This document shows positions 51,904-64,000 of a stretch of 64,000 bases of DNA, in pieces; position 1 is the stretch's first letter, and each line of letters starts with the position of its first letter. The DNA comes from Eledone cirrhosa. Its lineage: Eukaryota. The stretch is from contig OZ024743.1 in assembly GCA_964016885.1 (NCBI GenBank), forward strand, positions 257,424,001 through 257,488,000, in the 5' to 3' direction. The position numbers and the translations under genes are program-made. The notes below the pieces were generated by a model. That model had not been told where the DNA came from. It saw only the letters and a list, made by a program, of their open reading frames with translations, and ran no database searches.

Positions 51904-52460
51904 TTTTTTATTGGCCACAAGGGCTGACATCAAGAAAAACATTACAGATGGCACAGGACGGTACGATGTGGGTTTTGTGCGTGTAAATATTTTTATTATT
52001 TATATAAGAAAAGAAAAAAAAACATAGAAACATATATATATATATATAAATAATAAAAATGTAAATTGAAACAATGAAAAATTCCCCAATAGGGGGGAAA
52101 CCTCCGAGGGTTACTCGTGGCAAAAACCACACAAAAGACCACGGCCACCCTGACCACCAGGGCAAATGCCCTCTCTCAATTTTTCCATTTCTCAAACTAC
52201 AGACGTATATTCAGAGCGGTCCCGTTCACTCGGACCATTCTCGCTACATTCACCCACCTTTCAACAAACTTGCTAGAAGAGTGCACTTTCCTCTCCACCC
52301 TGATTTTCCTCTTCAAGTGAAACTTGAAAAAGTTAGTTAGGGATACGCCAAAGAGGTAAGTGTCTGTCTTTAACCCTTTCAACCTTGTCCACCACACAAT
52401 CTCTTTCGCCATGGCCACCAGGCAGATGAAAACCGCCTGCCCTTCTTCCTCGAAGGAAGA
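51904..52460 (-). pseudogene. L1/Tx1-type LINE 3' end
   Basis: ORF2-like C terminus AKEIVWWTR...KFVERW, stop at 52197; 3' UTR ending CTTGTGGCCAATAAAAAA; similar 3' end at ~20785-20830. Confidence 0.6.
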
Positions 52461-52496
52461 ATAATAATAATAATAATTATTATTATTATTATTATT

Positions 52497-53150
52497 AACT
52501 GTGTAGAGAGAGAGGAGATTGTGGCTCACATTGTATCTGAGTGTAAACACCTCGCCCAGATTCACTATAAAGGCTGGAGACATGATGTGATGGGCAGGGT
52601 GATCCACTGGCATCTATGCAAAGTAAACAATTTACCACATTCTGAGAACATAAGCCAGAGTCGGTGATAGAAAACGATCAGGTGAAGGTGCTATGGGATT
52701 TTAGGATACAAACAGACAAGAAATTAGAACACAATAGACCTGACCTGGTGGTCTTGGACAAGGAAAAAAGATTGTGCCTGATTGTAGATGTAGCCTGCCC
52801 ATTTGACACGAGATTGCAAGAAAAGGAGAGGGAGAAAATTAACCGATACCAGGACTTAAAGTAGGAGTTAAAAAGGATTTGGAACTGCCATGAAATCAGG
52901 GTCATCCCGATTGTCATAGGTACACTAGGTACTATCTCAAAGAATTTCCAAGAATGGTTAAAGAAAATTTGCCCAGCCCCGCTTTTTGGAACACTTCAAA
53001 AGGCATGCTTGCTGGGAATAGCAAGAACCCTCCGATACATCCTGAATATCTGAGGCTGCTGGTTATGGCTTGATATTCATCTCAACAAACTTTCCAGTTA
53101 AATAACATCAATGACTGAGACTCAAAGAACAATAATAATAATAATAATAA
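52497..53150 (+). pseudogene. R4/Dong LINE 3' fragment (CCHC + restriction-like endonuclease)
   Basis: HIVSEC..LAQ..Y..RHD, VLWDF.IQTD...HNRPDLVV...IVDVACPFD, K..RYQDL, PIVIGTLG, LQKACLLG; (AAT)n tail; inserted in (TAA)n. Confidence 0.88.
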
Positions 53151-54062
53151 TTGTTTCTACTTTTGGCACAAGGCCAGCGATTACCTCAGTACATTACTGG
53201 TACTTTATTTTATCGACCTTGTAAGGATGAAAGGCAAATTTAACCTCGGCGGGATTTGAACTCAGATCGTAAAGGGACGTAACTATGCTGGAAAGCACGT
53301 CCAACCCTCTACCGATACTGCCAATAATAATGGTTTCTGATTTAGGCTCAAGACCAACAATTTGAAGGGGATGGAATAGTCAATTAAAACGACCCCAGTG
53401 CATTACTGGTACTTTATTTTATCAACCCAGTAAGGATGAAAGGCAAAGCTAACCTCGGTGGGATTTGAACTCAGAACGTATGGAGTTGTAATTCTATGCT
53501 GAAAAGCATGCTGTCCGGCGCTCTACCGATTATGCCAATCCACCGCCCTACTACTACTACTAATAATAATAATATTCATAATAATTATTATAATTATAAC
53601 AGTTATTAAAGGTGGTGGATTGCCAGTATTGATAGAGCATCAGACAACATGTTTTGTGGCATATAGTTACATCCTTTTACATTCTGTGTTCAAATCCTGC
53701 TGAGGTTAGCTCTGCTTTTCATCCTTACAGGGTTGATAAAATAAAGCACCAGTAATGCACTGGGATTGATTTAATTGTCTTTACCCTCCACCAAAATTGT
53801 TGACCTTGTGCCTATATCAGAAACCATTATTAGAGTGTGGTGAATTGACAGTATCTGTAGAGCATCAAACAACAAGCTTAGCGACATATAGTTACGGCCC
53901 TTTACAATCTGAGTTCAAATCCCGCCAAGGTTAGCTTTGCCTTTCATCCTTATGGAGTTGATAAAATAAAGTACCAGTCACGCACTAGGGTCAATTTAAT
54001 CGACTTTTTCCTCCCCAAAATTGCAGGCCTTGTGCCTATAGTTGAAATCATTATTATTATTA
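53150..54062. mobile_element. Four tRNA-derived SINEs: two on minus then two on plus (head-to-head)
   Basis: Same family consensus as the 2.7-3.8 kb stack. Confidence 0.88.
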
Positions 54063-56044
54063 TTGTTGTTATTATTATTTATTAATATTGTTGTTGTTGT
54101 AGTTGAGTTGATAATTGCTTTATCATGTATTCTTCTCCAGTTGAATGAAAGGGCTTTCAGACGAGGTATTTTTAGTGATTCTAATTAGGTATTCATTGCA
54201 AGTCTTTTTCACATTACATGTATTGTTGTTACCTTCTTTATAACAAGAAACATATCATGTGTATGTGTGTTTGTATGAGAGAGTGTGTGTTAGTTTGTAG
54301 TGTGTGTGTGTGTGTTAGTAAGTCTGTATATGTGTAGTGTGATAGTGAGTGTTAGAGAAACTCTGTATGTGAGTGTGTGTGTGTGTGTGTGCATGTACAT
54401 GTGAGGGACTACAGTTGATGTAGTGTGTGTGTGTATGTGAGCCTGTATTCCTGTGTTTGTCTATTGTATACATGTGCCTTTGTGTGTATGTGTGTGTGTG
54501 TGTACCTGTGTATCCAACCTGTGCATTTGTGTGTGTCAGTGTGTCAGTATTTCTGCATGCGTGTGTGTATCTGTGTATTCATGTGTATTTGTGAATGTGT
54601 ATCTATATATTCATGCACTTGTGCATTTTTGTATATATGTTTGTGTGTGTGTGTGTGTGTATGTTTATTGTACATGTGTACCTGTCATGGTGTGTATGTG
54701 TGTATATACCTGCATATTCATGCATGTGTGAGTGTGTGTACTTGTGTGAAATACAGTGAAAAAACTAGAGCATAGGTGGAATCATTTATATAAATGTCTG
54801 TGAGTCTCTATATTTGAGACAGACAGACAGACAGATATACATAGACAGACAAGTAGCTACTGGAGTGGCTGATGTAGTGGGTGTCACTGGCTGTTCTCTG
54901 TGGCAGTGCCTTCACTATGTAATCTCCAAGGTGCAACTGAGATATATGCCTAGACAGGGATGTAAAAACTGCAACTCCCTGTCTCATTCACTTAACTTCA
55001 CTATTTAATACTTTTTTCTCTCTAACTCTTTATGCCGGAGTGGCTAATGCAGTGGGTATCGCTGGCTGTAAGTCCATGGAAATACTCTTGCTATTTGGTT
55101 CATGGGGGAAGCTGAGATATACCATCTTGACTCGGGTGTAGAGTCCCCCCCCCCCTTCTCTTACTTTCACCATTTAATTGTTATTCTTTCTTTTCAACTT
55201 TTATTGAAAATATTATATAATTTAATAGAAATTTCTAGACAGAGAGGATGTATGAATGTGAGGGAATCTTTTTCTGAGTAAGAAATATGTGAGAAAATTA
55301 GCATGATTTGTGTGTGAGAAAGTGAAAGAGAAGGAGATAGTATATTTGTGTATGTGTCTAAGAAAGAGACGCACGAAGATAGTGTGTGTGTGTGTGTGTG
55401 TGTGCGTGTGTAAGGGAAAAAGAGTGAGAGAGAGTAAGTGTGTTTAATATGTGCTGTATTCAGTGTGTAAGAGACAGAGACATGCACACACAGAAATATA
55501 ACCACAGGGAAGGAAGTAATGTTTGTGTGTATGTAGTTGATGTTGCTCAGTGTGCAAGAGAGAGACACATAAATATAACTAGAAAGAGAGTCTACGTGTT
55601 GTTGTTCATTGAGCAAGAGAGAGAGAGAGTGAGAGAGAGACATACGTCAAATCAGTAATAACCAATTAGACAGAATGAAGAATATTTCTGTGAGTATGAA
55701 TAATAAAATAAAGTCAATGAAGCATGAAGCCACAGTTAGAATGGTTTTACAAGAATTTCCTGAGATCCTAATGAAACTGACTGTCAAAAGTTCCACTCTC
55801 AAATTAAACAATACACCACTTTCTAGCAGACAAATGCACAACATAATTTTGCTTTCTCCCACTTGTTATTTTCATATTATTATTAGTGTATATGAATCAT
55901 AACTCATAAGAGCAAGATACTCCGACGTTTCCTCATTTGATAAGGAGGCTTCAATCTCGAAATATTATGAAATATAAGCTAAAGTCTTTTGCTTTCTTGT
56001 GTCATTCTTACTTTACATTAGTTCTTTCATTATATTTCCTATTC

Positions 56045-56163
56045 CCTGAGTTCAAATCCCGCCGAGGTTAACTTTGCCTTTCATCCTTACGGGTCGATAA
56101 AATAAAGTACCAGTAATGTACTGGGATAATTGCTGGCCTTGTGCCAAAAGTAGAAACCATTAT
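56045..56163 (+). mobile_element. 5'-truncated tRNA-derived SINE
   Basis: Near-consensus core and tail. Confidence 0.85.
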
Positions 56164-56229
56164 ATTTCCTATTCTCATTGTACTGGCTTCACCAATACAG
56201 ACTTAATTCTTCTTATCATTATTATTTCA

Positions 56230-57590
56230 CTCAAGTAAATTAGAATTCTTGTCCTTAAGTGTGGCTCACAACTAATCTCATTGAAGCTCAAGGACCTTTC
56301 TGAGCAGACTTTTTGATCAACACTAAATTTGCTGGTATTCCTATGTCTTTTAGGAATCTTTCTATTCTGTTGGTAATAGTTGTTAACACACCAACTGCAT
56401 AGGTGACATCCCACAATCTCCGTGCCTTCTGAGTAAGATCCTGGTACTTTTCAGTGTTTTGCTGTTCCTCTTTAGTCATGTTCCTGTCAGCAGGAATGAC
56501 TGTGTCAACAAGTAAACAAAGTTGTGTTATTTTGCCTGTAATAACTGTGCCATGTCTTCAGACCTGTATTTTGTGATCTGTGTTGTGAAATCATCAAGTA
56601 CCTTCAACAGCACTCTCTGTTTCTTCAAATCGTTGTTGACGTAAGATGTCCCAGTTTAGAGTTCTAGCTACACAATCAATGCATGCTTATACTCTTTTTG
56701 TGCCAAGCAGTTTAACCCCTTACAATGTGGATTATTGACTCATCCGTCTCATTGCACATTATGCATTTGGCATTCTCACTAGTTTTGTCTATTTTCACTT
56801 TAATAAGATTAATCTGTAAGGCTTGTGTGTGGGCAGCTATGATTAGATTTTTAGTTTCTTTCTTCAACACACTATTTTTCAGCCACAACCAGGATTTGTC
56901 ATTAGCTATCTATTCCTTGGTCTGTCTGAAATACTGTCCATAGAAATCTTTCCCCAGATATTCTTTTCTCTTTCTCCTCTCTTCCATCATTTGTATGCTT
57001 TTGTATTTACAACTTCTACTTCATTGGTTCCCCTTGTAGCAGATGTAAGTCCTTCTGAACATTCCATCACATATTACCAATGACATATTATTATGAATTT
57101 GATATCTCAGTCATTGATGTTATTTAACTGGAAAATTTGCTCAAATGAACATCAAGCCACTACCCGCAATCTCAGATATTCAGTACATATCAAAAGTTCC
57201 TTGCTGTTCCCAGTAGGCATGCCTTTTGAAGTGTTCAAAAAAGGAGGCTAGGCTAATGTTCTTTAGACAGGCTTGGAAACTCTCCAAGATAGTACCTACT
57301 GCTCCTATGAGGATAACGACAACCTTGATCTCATGACAGTCCCAAACCCTTTTCAGTTCCCTCTTTAGATCCTGGTACCATTCGATTTTCTACTTCTGCT
57401 TTTCTTGCGCACTTGCATGAAAGGGGCAAGCTAAATCTATAATCAAGCAAGATCTTTATCTGTTTGTGTCCTGAAATTCCACAGCTCTTTCAGCTGGTTG
57501 TTTTCTATCACTGAATCTGGCTTATGCTCATGCCACTTCTTAGACTGGGGTAAATTACTCAGTTTGCATAAATGCCAGAGGATCACTTAT
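56230..57590 (-). pseudogene. Two decayed R4/Dong 3' fragments (~56230-56990 and ~57098-57590)
   Basis: EKYQDL, AQEQALQ-type and RLE motifs; 57098-57190 matches the reverse complement of the 3' UTR at 53040-53125. Confidence 0.75.
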
Positions 57591-57654
57591 CATCATCATC
57601 ATCATCATCACCACCAGCACCCCCAGCATTATTATTATTGTTATTATTATCCAC

Positions 57655-57975
57655 AGGCTGGTGGATTGGCCTATTGATAGACCATTGGACACCATAATTT
57701 AGCACAGAGTTACGGCATCGATAAAATAGAGCTCCAGTAAGTACTGGGGTCAATTTAATCGACTTTCCCTCACCATCAAATTGCTGGCCTTGTGCCTAAA
57801 GTAAAAACAATTATTATTATTAGGGTGGGGAATTGGCAGAATTGTTAAATTATCAGATAAAACGATTTGAAGTATTTATTCTGTTTCTGTAATTTCTGAG
57901 TTCAAATTCCATTAAGGTCAACATTGCCTTTCATTCTTCCAGGATTGATAAAATAAAGTACCAGTCAAGTACTCC
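57655..57975 (+). mobile_element. Two tRNA-derived SINEs
   Basis: Family head, core and tail. Confidence 0.75.
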
Positions 57976-58160
57976 CGGCTTATATTTTGTATCAATCTAT
58001 CATCATTGTTTTACTTCTGCTTTCCATGCCAATATGGGTTGGATATATATATATGTATTTATATATATATATATAAATATATATATATATCATCATCATC
58101 ATCATCAACATTTTACGTCTACTTTTCCCTATATATATATATATATATATATATTATGTT

Positions 58161-58690
58161 GGGTCACTCTTGAGTGCTACTGGTAACATGTAACCCAGTA
58201 CAACCTGTCAAATGGTTGGGTCATTGGTGACTAAACCGGCAACCCCACCAAGTTTACTTGATGAGGAGGGTGATTTTGGACACCCTACAGGACACAAAAC
58301 AAAACCTGACAAAGGGCGGAAGAACTCATAAGAGTCAACGGCCATCCAAAAGTGTGTAAATATGTATATACACATGTACATATGTAGGTATATGTATATG
58401 TGTATATGCATGGGTGCATGTGTATGTATATGCGTGAGGACATAGAAATGGTCGTGCTGGACACCTGATTGCGTGGTTAAACCACTAGGAGTCAAGGACC
58501 CCTAGCCTTTATCAGGGCATTCTTCTAGGAGAAGGCAACTCAGGAAACTGAGATAACTCCGATATAAAAACCTGTGGCTCAGTAGTTACCAATGATGTTG
58601 ATCTTTTCTTCTTTTCGGGTTATAGCAACTCTTGCTCAAAGAGTGGGATCGGCTCAGTGTACAGTCTTTCCTCACTTTAAAAAATATCTT
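58161..58690 (+). mobile_element. RTE-like 5'-UTR-derived element with possible HDV-like ribozyme
   Basis: Starts just after (TA)n with GGGTCAC; contains CTAGGAGAAGGCAACTC...AAAAACCTG, which I recall from RTE leaders (inference); interrupted by a TG/TA tract. Confidence 0.45.
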
Positions 58691-58777
58691 CATGTACATG
58701 AATTGCACGATAGAATTAATTAATAATTATTAATAATGGTATATCATGCAATGGCCATAATCGATAACGAGAGGGCA

Positions 58778-58820
<43 letters not shown>

Positions 58821-59034
58821 GAAATAGAAGAATCCTTACAATCCAAAACAATTGAATTAATACGTAAAATGTTTGTTAGTTATCAATAAAGTTATTCTTA
58901 ATATTAGTAATAAATATTTTATAGATTTAAAAAAATATATTCTTCTGACCAACAAGTGTAGATTTTTCTTTGACAGAATTTTTTTATAGTACTAAATATT
59001 TCATATTTAAAGAAACAAAATTATTACATTTATC

Positions 59035-60320
59035 GAGTTCCTTGAAGACATTACCCGGATCACTGACAGCGGCTCATGACTTTGCTAAGGCTTTTAATTC
59101 TGTGCCACACAAAAGACTTATGGCCAAACTCTCTGCAATGGGTGTGAGGGATGATCTTTTTAACTGGTTGAAATCCTTCATTCTCAGCCGAGAAGAGGTA
59201 GTCACAGTTCTAGGACAGCATTCTTCACCGTATGAGATGTCATCTGGTGTACCACAGGGATCTGTTCTTGGTCCCCTTTTGTTTGTTGCATGCATTAATG
59301 ACATAGATGCCGACTTAAAGAATGCCACAGTACTGAAGTATGCAGATGACATCAAGCTGTACCTTGAAATCAAAAGGACAGATCCTGAAATCTATAACTC
59401 TTTCCTACAATCAGACCTGGACACAATGCAGCAACGGATCACGGACTGGCAACTGAAGCTGGCTGTGGACAAGTGTACCACCATGCATTTTGGGAGGAAA
59501 AATCCAGCGTCCACATACTCCCTCCACAATACTGATATCAAGAAGTCCTCTTGTGAACATGACCCGGGCATTACTGTCAGCAGCGATTTGCGTTGGATGA
59601 AGCACGTCTCTAAAATTGTCAAGAAGGCCGAGGGTGTCTTGGCATCACTCAGCAAGACCTTTGTTAGCCACTCTCCAGCCATCTATTTAAAGCTGTATAC
59701 AGCTATGGTACGACCACACTTGGAATTTGCATCATCAGTCTGGAACCCCTATCTTGCTCAGAACATTGACCTCCTGGAAACTGTTCAGAGACGTGCAACC
59801 AAGCGCATACCCTCCATCAGACACCTACTATACTCTGAACGCCTTGCTTCCCTGGGCATGGATTCATTGAAGCTCCGACGTTTGGCAATGGACTTGGTAA
59901 ACACCCACAAAGTTATTAACCATCTCGCCAACAACAACCCTGAGCACCTTTTTGATCTCCATGTGTCTAACACACGTCGAGATGCCTACAAAATCAGAAA
60001 ACAGCCCAGCTCCCATGACTTTCAGAAACATTTTTTCACGCATAGAGTTGGTGAAGCATGGAACAAACTACCTGCATCAGTTGTTAGCTGCCGAGACAGT
60101 GCATCCTTTAAAACCCTCATGCTTCCCGAAATTCGCCAAAACTACACCTGATGTCCCTCTTCCATACACATGCACACATGTGTATATCATGAATCATGCA
60201 CTGTTCATTTTCCTGACGTTTGTACATTACCCTATGTACTGTACATACACTTTTTGATGAGTTGTAGTGAACCTGAGCACTGTACACATTATTTTCATTA
60301 TTATTATTATTTATTATTTT
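59035..60320 (+). mobile_element. 5'-truncated CR1-group LINE; RT ORF open from ~59078 to 60151
   Basis: DFAKAFNSVPH, SGVPQGSVLGPLLF, YADDIKL, VRPHLEFASSVWNP, LETVQRRATK, WNKLP; (ATT)n tail; a ~33-nt copy of its 3' end lies inverted at ~51631-51665. Confidence 0.9.
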
Positions 60321-61819
60321 TTTCTTTGCTTTGATGTTTTTTTTATATCATTTACTTCAGACAGCGACACTTTATTAAAAGAAAATTCTTTAATCAAATA
60401 TATTTTTAATAAAGATAAAGACAGAAATAGACTAAACTTGAATGAGACCTTTAATACTTGTCATTTAATGTTTGTTCAAAGATTTAGATTGGATAAATTA
60501 ATTCCTCATGAAAATAAACACACACATACACACACATTGCCATAGAAAAGTATATATTGTAGACAGCTAGAATAATAATTTGATTTCTTCTTCAAAACTG
60601 TCATCATTGCAATTTAAGTTTATTAGGTGAAAATGAGGTTTATCTTTTTTAAATAGTAAATCACTGAGGCAAAATGTTATTTCCATTAGAAAGTAATAAA
60701 TATATTTTGAGATAACTTTAGAAAAAAAATTAATAATACAATAAATAAAATGGCATACAAACTTATAATCCAATATATATATGTGTGTGTGTGTGTGTAT
60801 ACCAATTTTTCATAAAGAAGTATTTCTAAAACTTTTATAAATATATGTGTGTGTTCGCAATTTTGGCAAAATCAAGAAGGTTCTACAGATGTTTATTGAA
60901 TGGGAAGATATGGACACATATGTGAAAAATCAAAGAACATTACTTTCTCCACCTCCAACTTAGTCACTTCAGCCACAAGCCCTGGTACTGACACGCAAAT
61001 ACCGTCATTGTCAAGACCTCAGGCATCCTTGGACTCCATACTGTTGAGGTCCTCTGTAAAATTGGAATGTCAGCAACCCATCTGAGGAAGGAACCCTGCG
61101 AGATGAGATGGCAGTTGCAGTAGGTGTCACTGGTAATTGTCCGCAAAAATTCCTTTGTAGTTTTGTCCGCAGGGCACAGCCAAAACACTACCTTTCCCTT
61201 GACATAGAGCCTGTCACCTTCTCTCCTTGCCCCTCACTTTCTTCAGTAGCCTAATAGGCCTTGTTTTTTTCCTTCCTTTTCTTCTCATTTATGGTATTTA
61301 TGGTCCTTTCCTCTACTGCCAAATATGCCCTTCTTTACCCCTACCCCACTCTGTTTGATACTTAATTTTGTTTTTATCTTTTTTTTTCCTATTTCCATCA
61401 TTGTATAAATTCTTCTTGTAAAATATAATTGACATAATCTGTTTATGAATAATTGATTAAATAAAACTTTCACTTTTTAGAATATACTTTCATCATTTGT
61501 TAAAGATGGAAGATGGAATCTTGATCACTTAAATAATTATTCTGCTTCTCTTTTGTGATGCAGAAATGTTGAACTGATGCGAGCATATAATAATTATAAC
61601 ACTTTCCATAATTCTGTGGTGAGAAAAAGAATTGTGTGCTCCTCAAACTGTCAGACTGTACTTCGAACTTGTTGGATAAAACTGTGTACCCCCATTTAGC
61701 TGAAGCATAATATATAGGCAAAAACATGAGCACTTGAAACAAGTGATTGTGATATGATTGGCTATCATTAAATAATTAAACAATGAGTGTATCATTGGCT
61801 ATCATTAAATAATTAAACA

Positions 61820-62000
61820 ATGGCAGTATCGGTAGAGGGTCGGACGCCATGCTTTGACGCATAGAGTTACGGCCCTTGCCATTCTGAGTTCAAATCACGC
61901 CGAGGTTAACTTTGCCTTTCATCCTTACGGGGTCGATAAAATAAAGTACCAGTAATGTACTGGGTAATTTCTGGCCTTGTGCCAATAGTAGAAACAATTA
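61820..62000 (+). mobile_element. tRNA-derived SINE
   Basis: Near-consensus family sequence. Confidence 0.85.
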
Positions 62001-62129
62001 AATAATTAAACAATTACACAGCAATTGTTAGATAACACTCAATATGAGTTCAATACACGACATCTTTGATATGTCGTTCAGGAACTTATAGAATGAAAGG
62101 GATATTGATGACATAATGGAAATATTTTA

Positions 62130-62718
62130 ACATAATATAACAATTCGAAATGAGATGCTACAGAAAAATCATGGGAAAATTCTATTGTCAAGGCAAACAG
62201 GCAACACATGAGCAGCTACAAAGACCCACTAACTAATATTGCAAACAGAATCATGGACATCTACGACATAGAACACACAACAACAAAAGCTTTCTAGCAA
62301 TTGGGCCGACAAGAACAACTATGAAGACTTACTAACTACTACTACAAAGAAAATTATGGACACATACTACATGGAACATACAAATATGGTAGCATTCTAG
62401 CAATCAGGCAATATGAAGTAACTACAAAAACTGGTTTATTACTGCAAAGAGAAGAAAACTGACATGTTAAAGTCACCTGGAAAAATCTGATGGATTGATC
62501 CAAAACGTCATCCGAATGACAATTCAGAGGAAAAGAAGGGGAGAATATAAGAAGCAAAATAGATGGATAACATTCTGGAATGGAGCGATAAGAATTTTGT
62601 GAGAACTGGAGTTCACTGGCTTGTAGTAGAGATAGTCGAAAGCAAGTGGTACTCTGTATCTTCCTGCAGTGACACCATTAACTTGGAAAGTAACAGGAAA
62701 AGTGAAGTGAAATGAAGA
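62130..62718 (+). pseudogene. Decayed RTE/BovB-like LINE 3' fragment
   Basis: FEMRCYRK, KRRKL, MDNILEW; (GTGAA)n-like tail at ~62700-62718. Confidence 0.55.
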
Positions 62719-63185
62719 ATAACAACACTACAAGGATCCATAAATTGGTGCATCAAAATAGAAATAAAACATTCCTAATATAAGGTACTACCACATGTCT
62801 TGCTAGCCATTATTAATCAAACAGTATTCACCTGAGTGACAACAGAAGAAATACTTGCTCAAATGAGGATGTTACTTCTTACCATAATGAAAGATGTAGA
62901 TTATGGTTTTCAAATCATTGTGAAGGAATTTAAGAATTTTGAGCGATTTAGCTATCGTGGTTATCATTAAGCTGCTATGTGGAACATAGCATAAGGAAGT
63001 TTATTGCTTATAATTATAATTGTTTCTACTTTTGAATTGATAACAAACAGGTTAATCATAAGAAAGATTGATATTAAATCCATCCAAACTATTCATTATT
63101 TTCAAATTGGTGTGAAAATAACACACAATCTTTCATTCAAAATATGGTAAGGAAAGGGTTATGCATAACATATATATATATATAG

Positions 63186-63363
63186 TCTGTTGAAAGAAAT
63201 TGATTGAATATTTTGGTTGGATCTTACTGTATATATATTCGCAAATATGCAAACACACACACATACATACATATATATGTGTATGAGTGTATGTGTTTGC
63301 ATATTTGTGAATACATATACAGTTAGATCCATCCAAACTATTCAATCAATTTCTTTCAACAGA
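63186..63363. repeat. ~178-bp fold-back inverted repeat centred on a TA/CA tract
   Basis: TCTGTTGAAAGAAATTGATTGAATA... / ...TATTCAATCAATTTCTTTCAACAGA. Confidence 0.85.
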
Positions 63364-63536
63364 ATAAAATTAGCTGATGATTAAATGCTGCGCCATTTGA
63401 AATCTTGCAATAATAAATTAGATAACATAGATAAGATATTTCATCTTCATCTTTATTGTTATTTCAGTCTTCCTCATTTTCTCTCATTTTATCTCTCCTC
63501 CTCTCTTCCTTTCTATCTCTGTTTCTCTCCCTCTCT

Positions 63537-63624
<88 letters not shown>

Positions 63625-63748
63625 GGGATAACAAATTATTGTTATAGGTAGTCCACTTAGATGTAGTCCAGTTAGGGTACTCTGAGTAGTGGATCTCTAA
63701 ACGTACCAGTTCAGAGAAACAATTGTCAGCAATGTCACTCTTCTTTCT

Positions 63749-63795
<47 letters not shown>

Positions 63796-63905
63796 TAAAT
63801 ATATGCAGATCTCGAGTTAAATCAAAGGAATCCACAGTGAGTAAAGTACTCATAACATTAGTAGAGTGTAAACATCAAAAATTCAAAAATGTAATATAGA
63901 AATTT

Positions 63906-63953
63906 CTTGTATAGGACTAGAACTCTTTCATTCATATGAAATCATCAGGAATG
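63906..63953 (-). ncRNA. Type-I hammerhead motif (degenerate stems I and III)
   Basis: CAUUC-CUGAUGA-U-UUCA ua UGAA-U-GAAA-GAGUUCUAGUCCUAUA. Confidence 0.55.
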
Positions 63954-63955
63954 CA

Positions 63956-64000
63956 CATTCCTGATGAATTCATACGACTGAAACAGTTCTAGTCCTGTAG
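63956..64000 (+). ncRNA. Type-I hammerhead ribozyme motif (stem I 3' strand runs off the window)
   Basis: CAUUC-CUGAUGA-AUUCAUACGACU-GAAA-CAG uucuaguc CUG-UA-G...; stem III identical to 37255-37305. Confidence 0.75.

Larger units (their letters stand above)
63803..64000. mobile_element. Naiad-related pLTR end, inverted, truncated by the window edge
   Basis: 63803-63952 is homologous to 37171-37305 (CACAGT.AGTAA.GTACTCA...AGGACTAGAACT.TTTCATTC...AATCATCAGGAAT) and then folds back on itself. Confidence 0.8.

Noticed and set aside
60860-61200. Possible decayed zinc knuckle or LINE ORF1 (GRYGHIC)
   Set aside because: CCHC spacing incomplete and no further homology.
61564-61618. Possible 55-nt exon (TGCAG|...|GTGAGA; NVELMRAYNNYNTFHNSV)
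   Set aside because: Splice-like sites only; no recognisable homology or partner exons.

Overview
This is an AT-rich, repeat-saturated animal non-coding region (intergenic or a large intron). The SINE and LINE complement and the very long (TA)n/(CA)n tracts suggest a coleoid cephalopod such as Octopus; this is inference only. I found no convincing host protein-coding exon, and almost all short ORFs in the track are microsatellite artefacts. The real coding sequence is retroelement-derived: a near-intact Naiad-type Penelope-like element (PLE; RT + GIY-YIG, one in-frame TAA, 37.2-41.5 kb, minus strand), a 1.35-kb fold-back PLE remnant (9.8-11.2 kb), a full-length decayed RTE LINE (48.2-51.5 kb) with many RTE fragments (three copies carry a PHD finger after the RT core), R4/Dong, CR1-type and Tx1-type fragments, tRNA-derived SINEs and MITEs. 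The most notable non-coding signal is about eight type-I hammerhead ribozyme motifs (plus half-motifs), read by eye, mostly next to (TA)n tracts. They include two inverted pairs and an ORF-less cluster at 32.4-34.2 kb. There is also a recurrent pseudoknot-like module shared by RTE 5' UTRs, RTE 3' UTRs and SINE-like derivatives. All structures and family calls are manual; no searches or folding programs were run.
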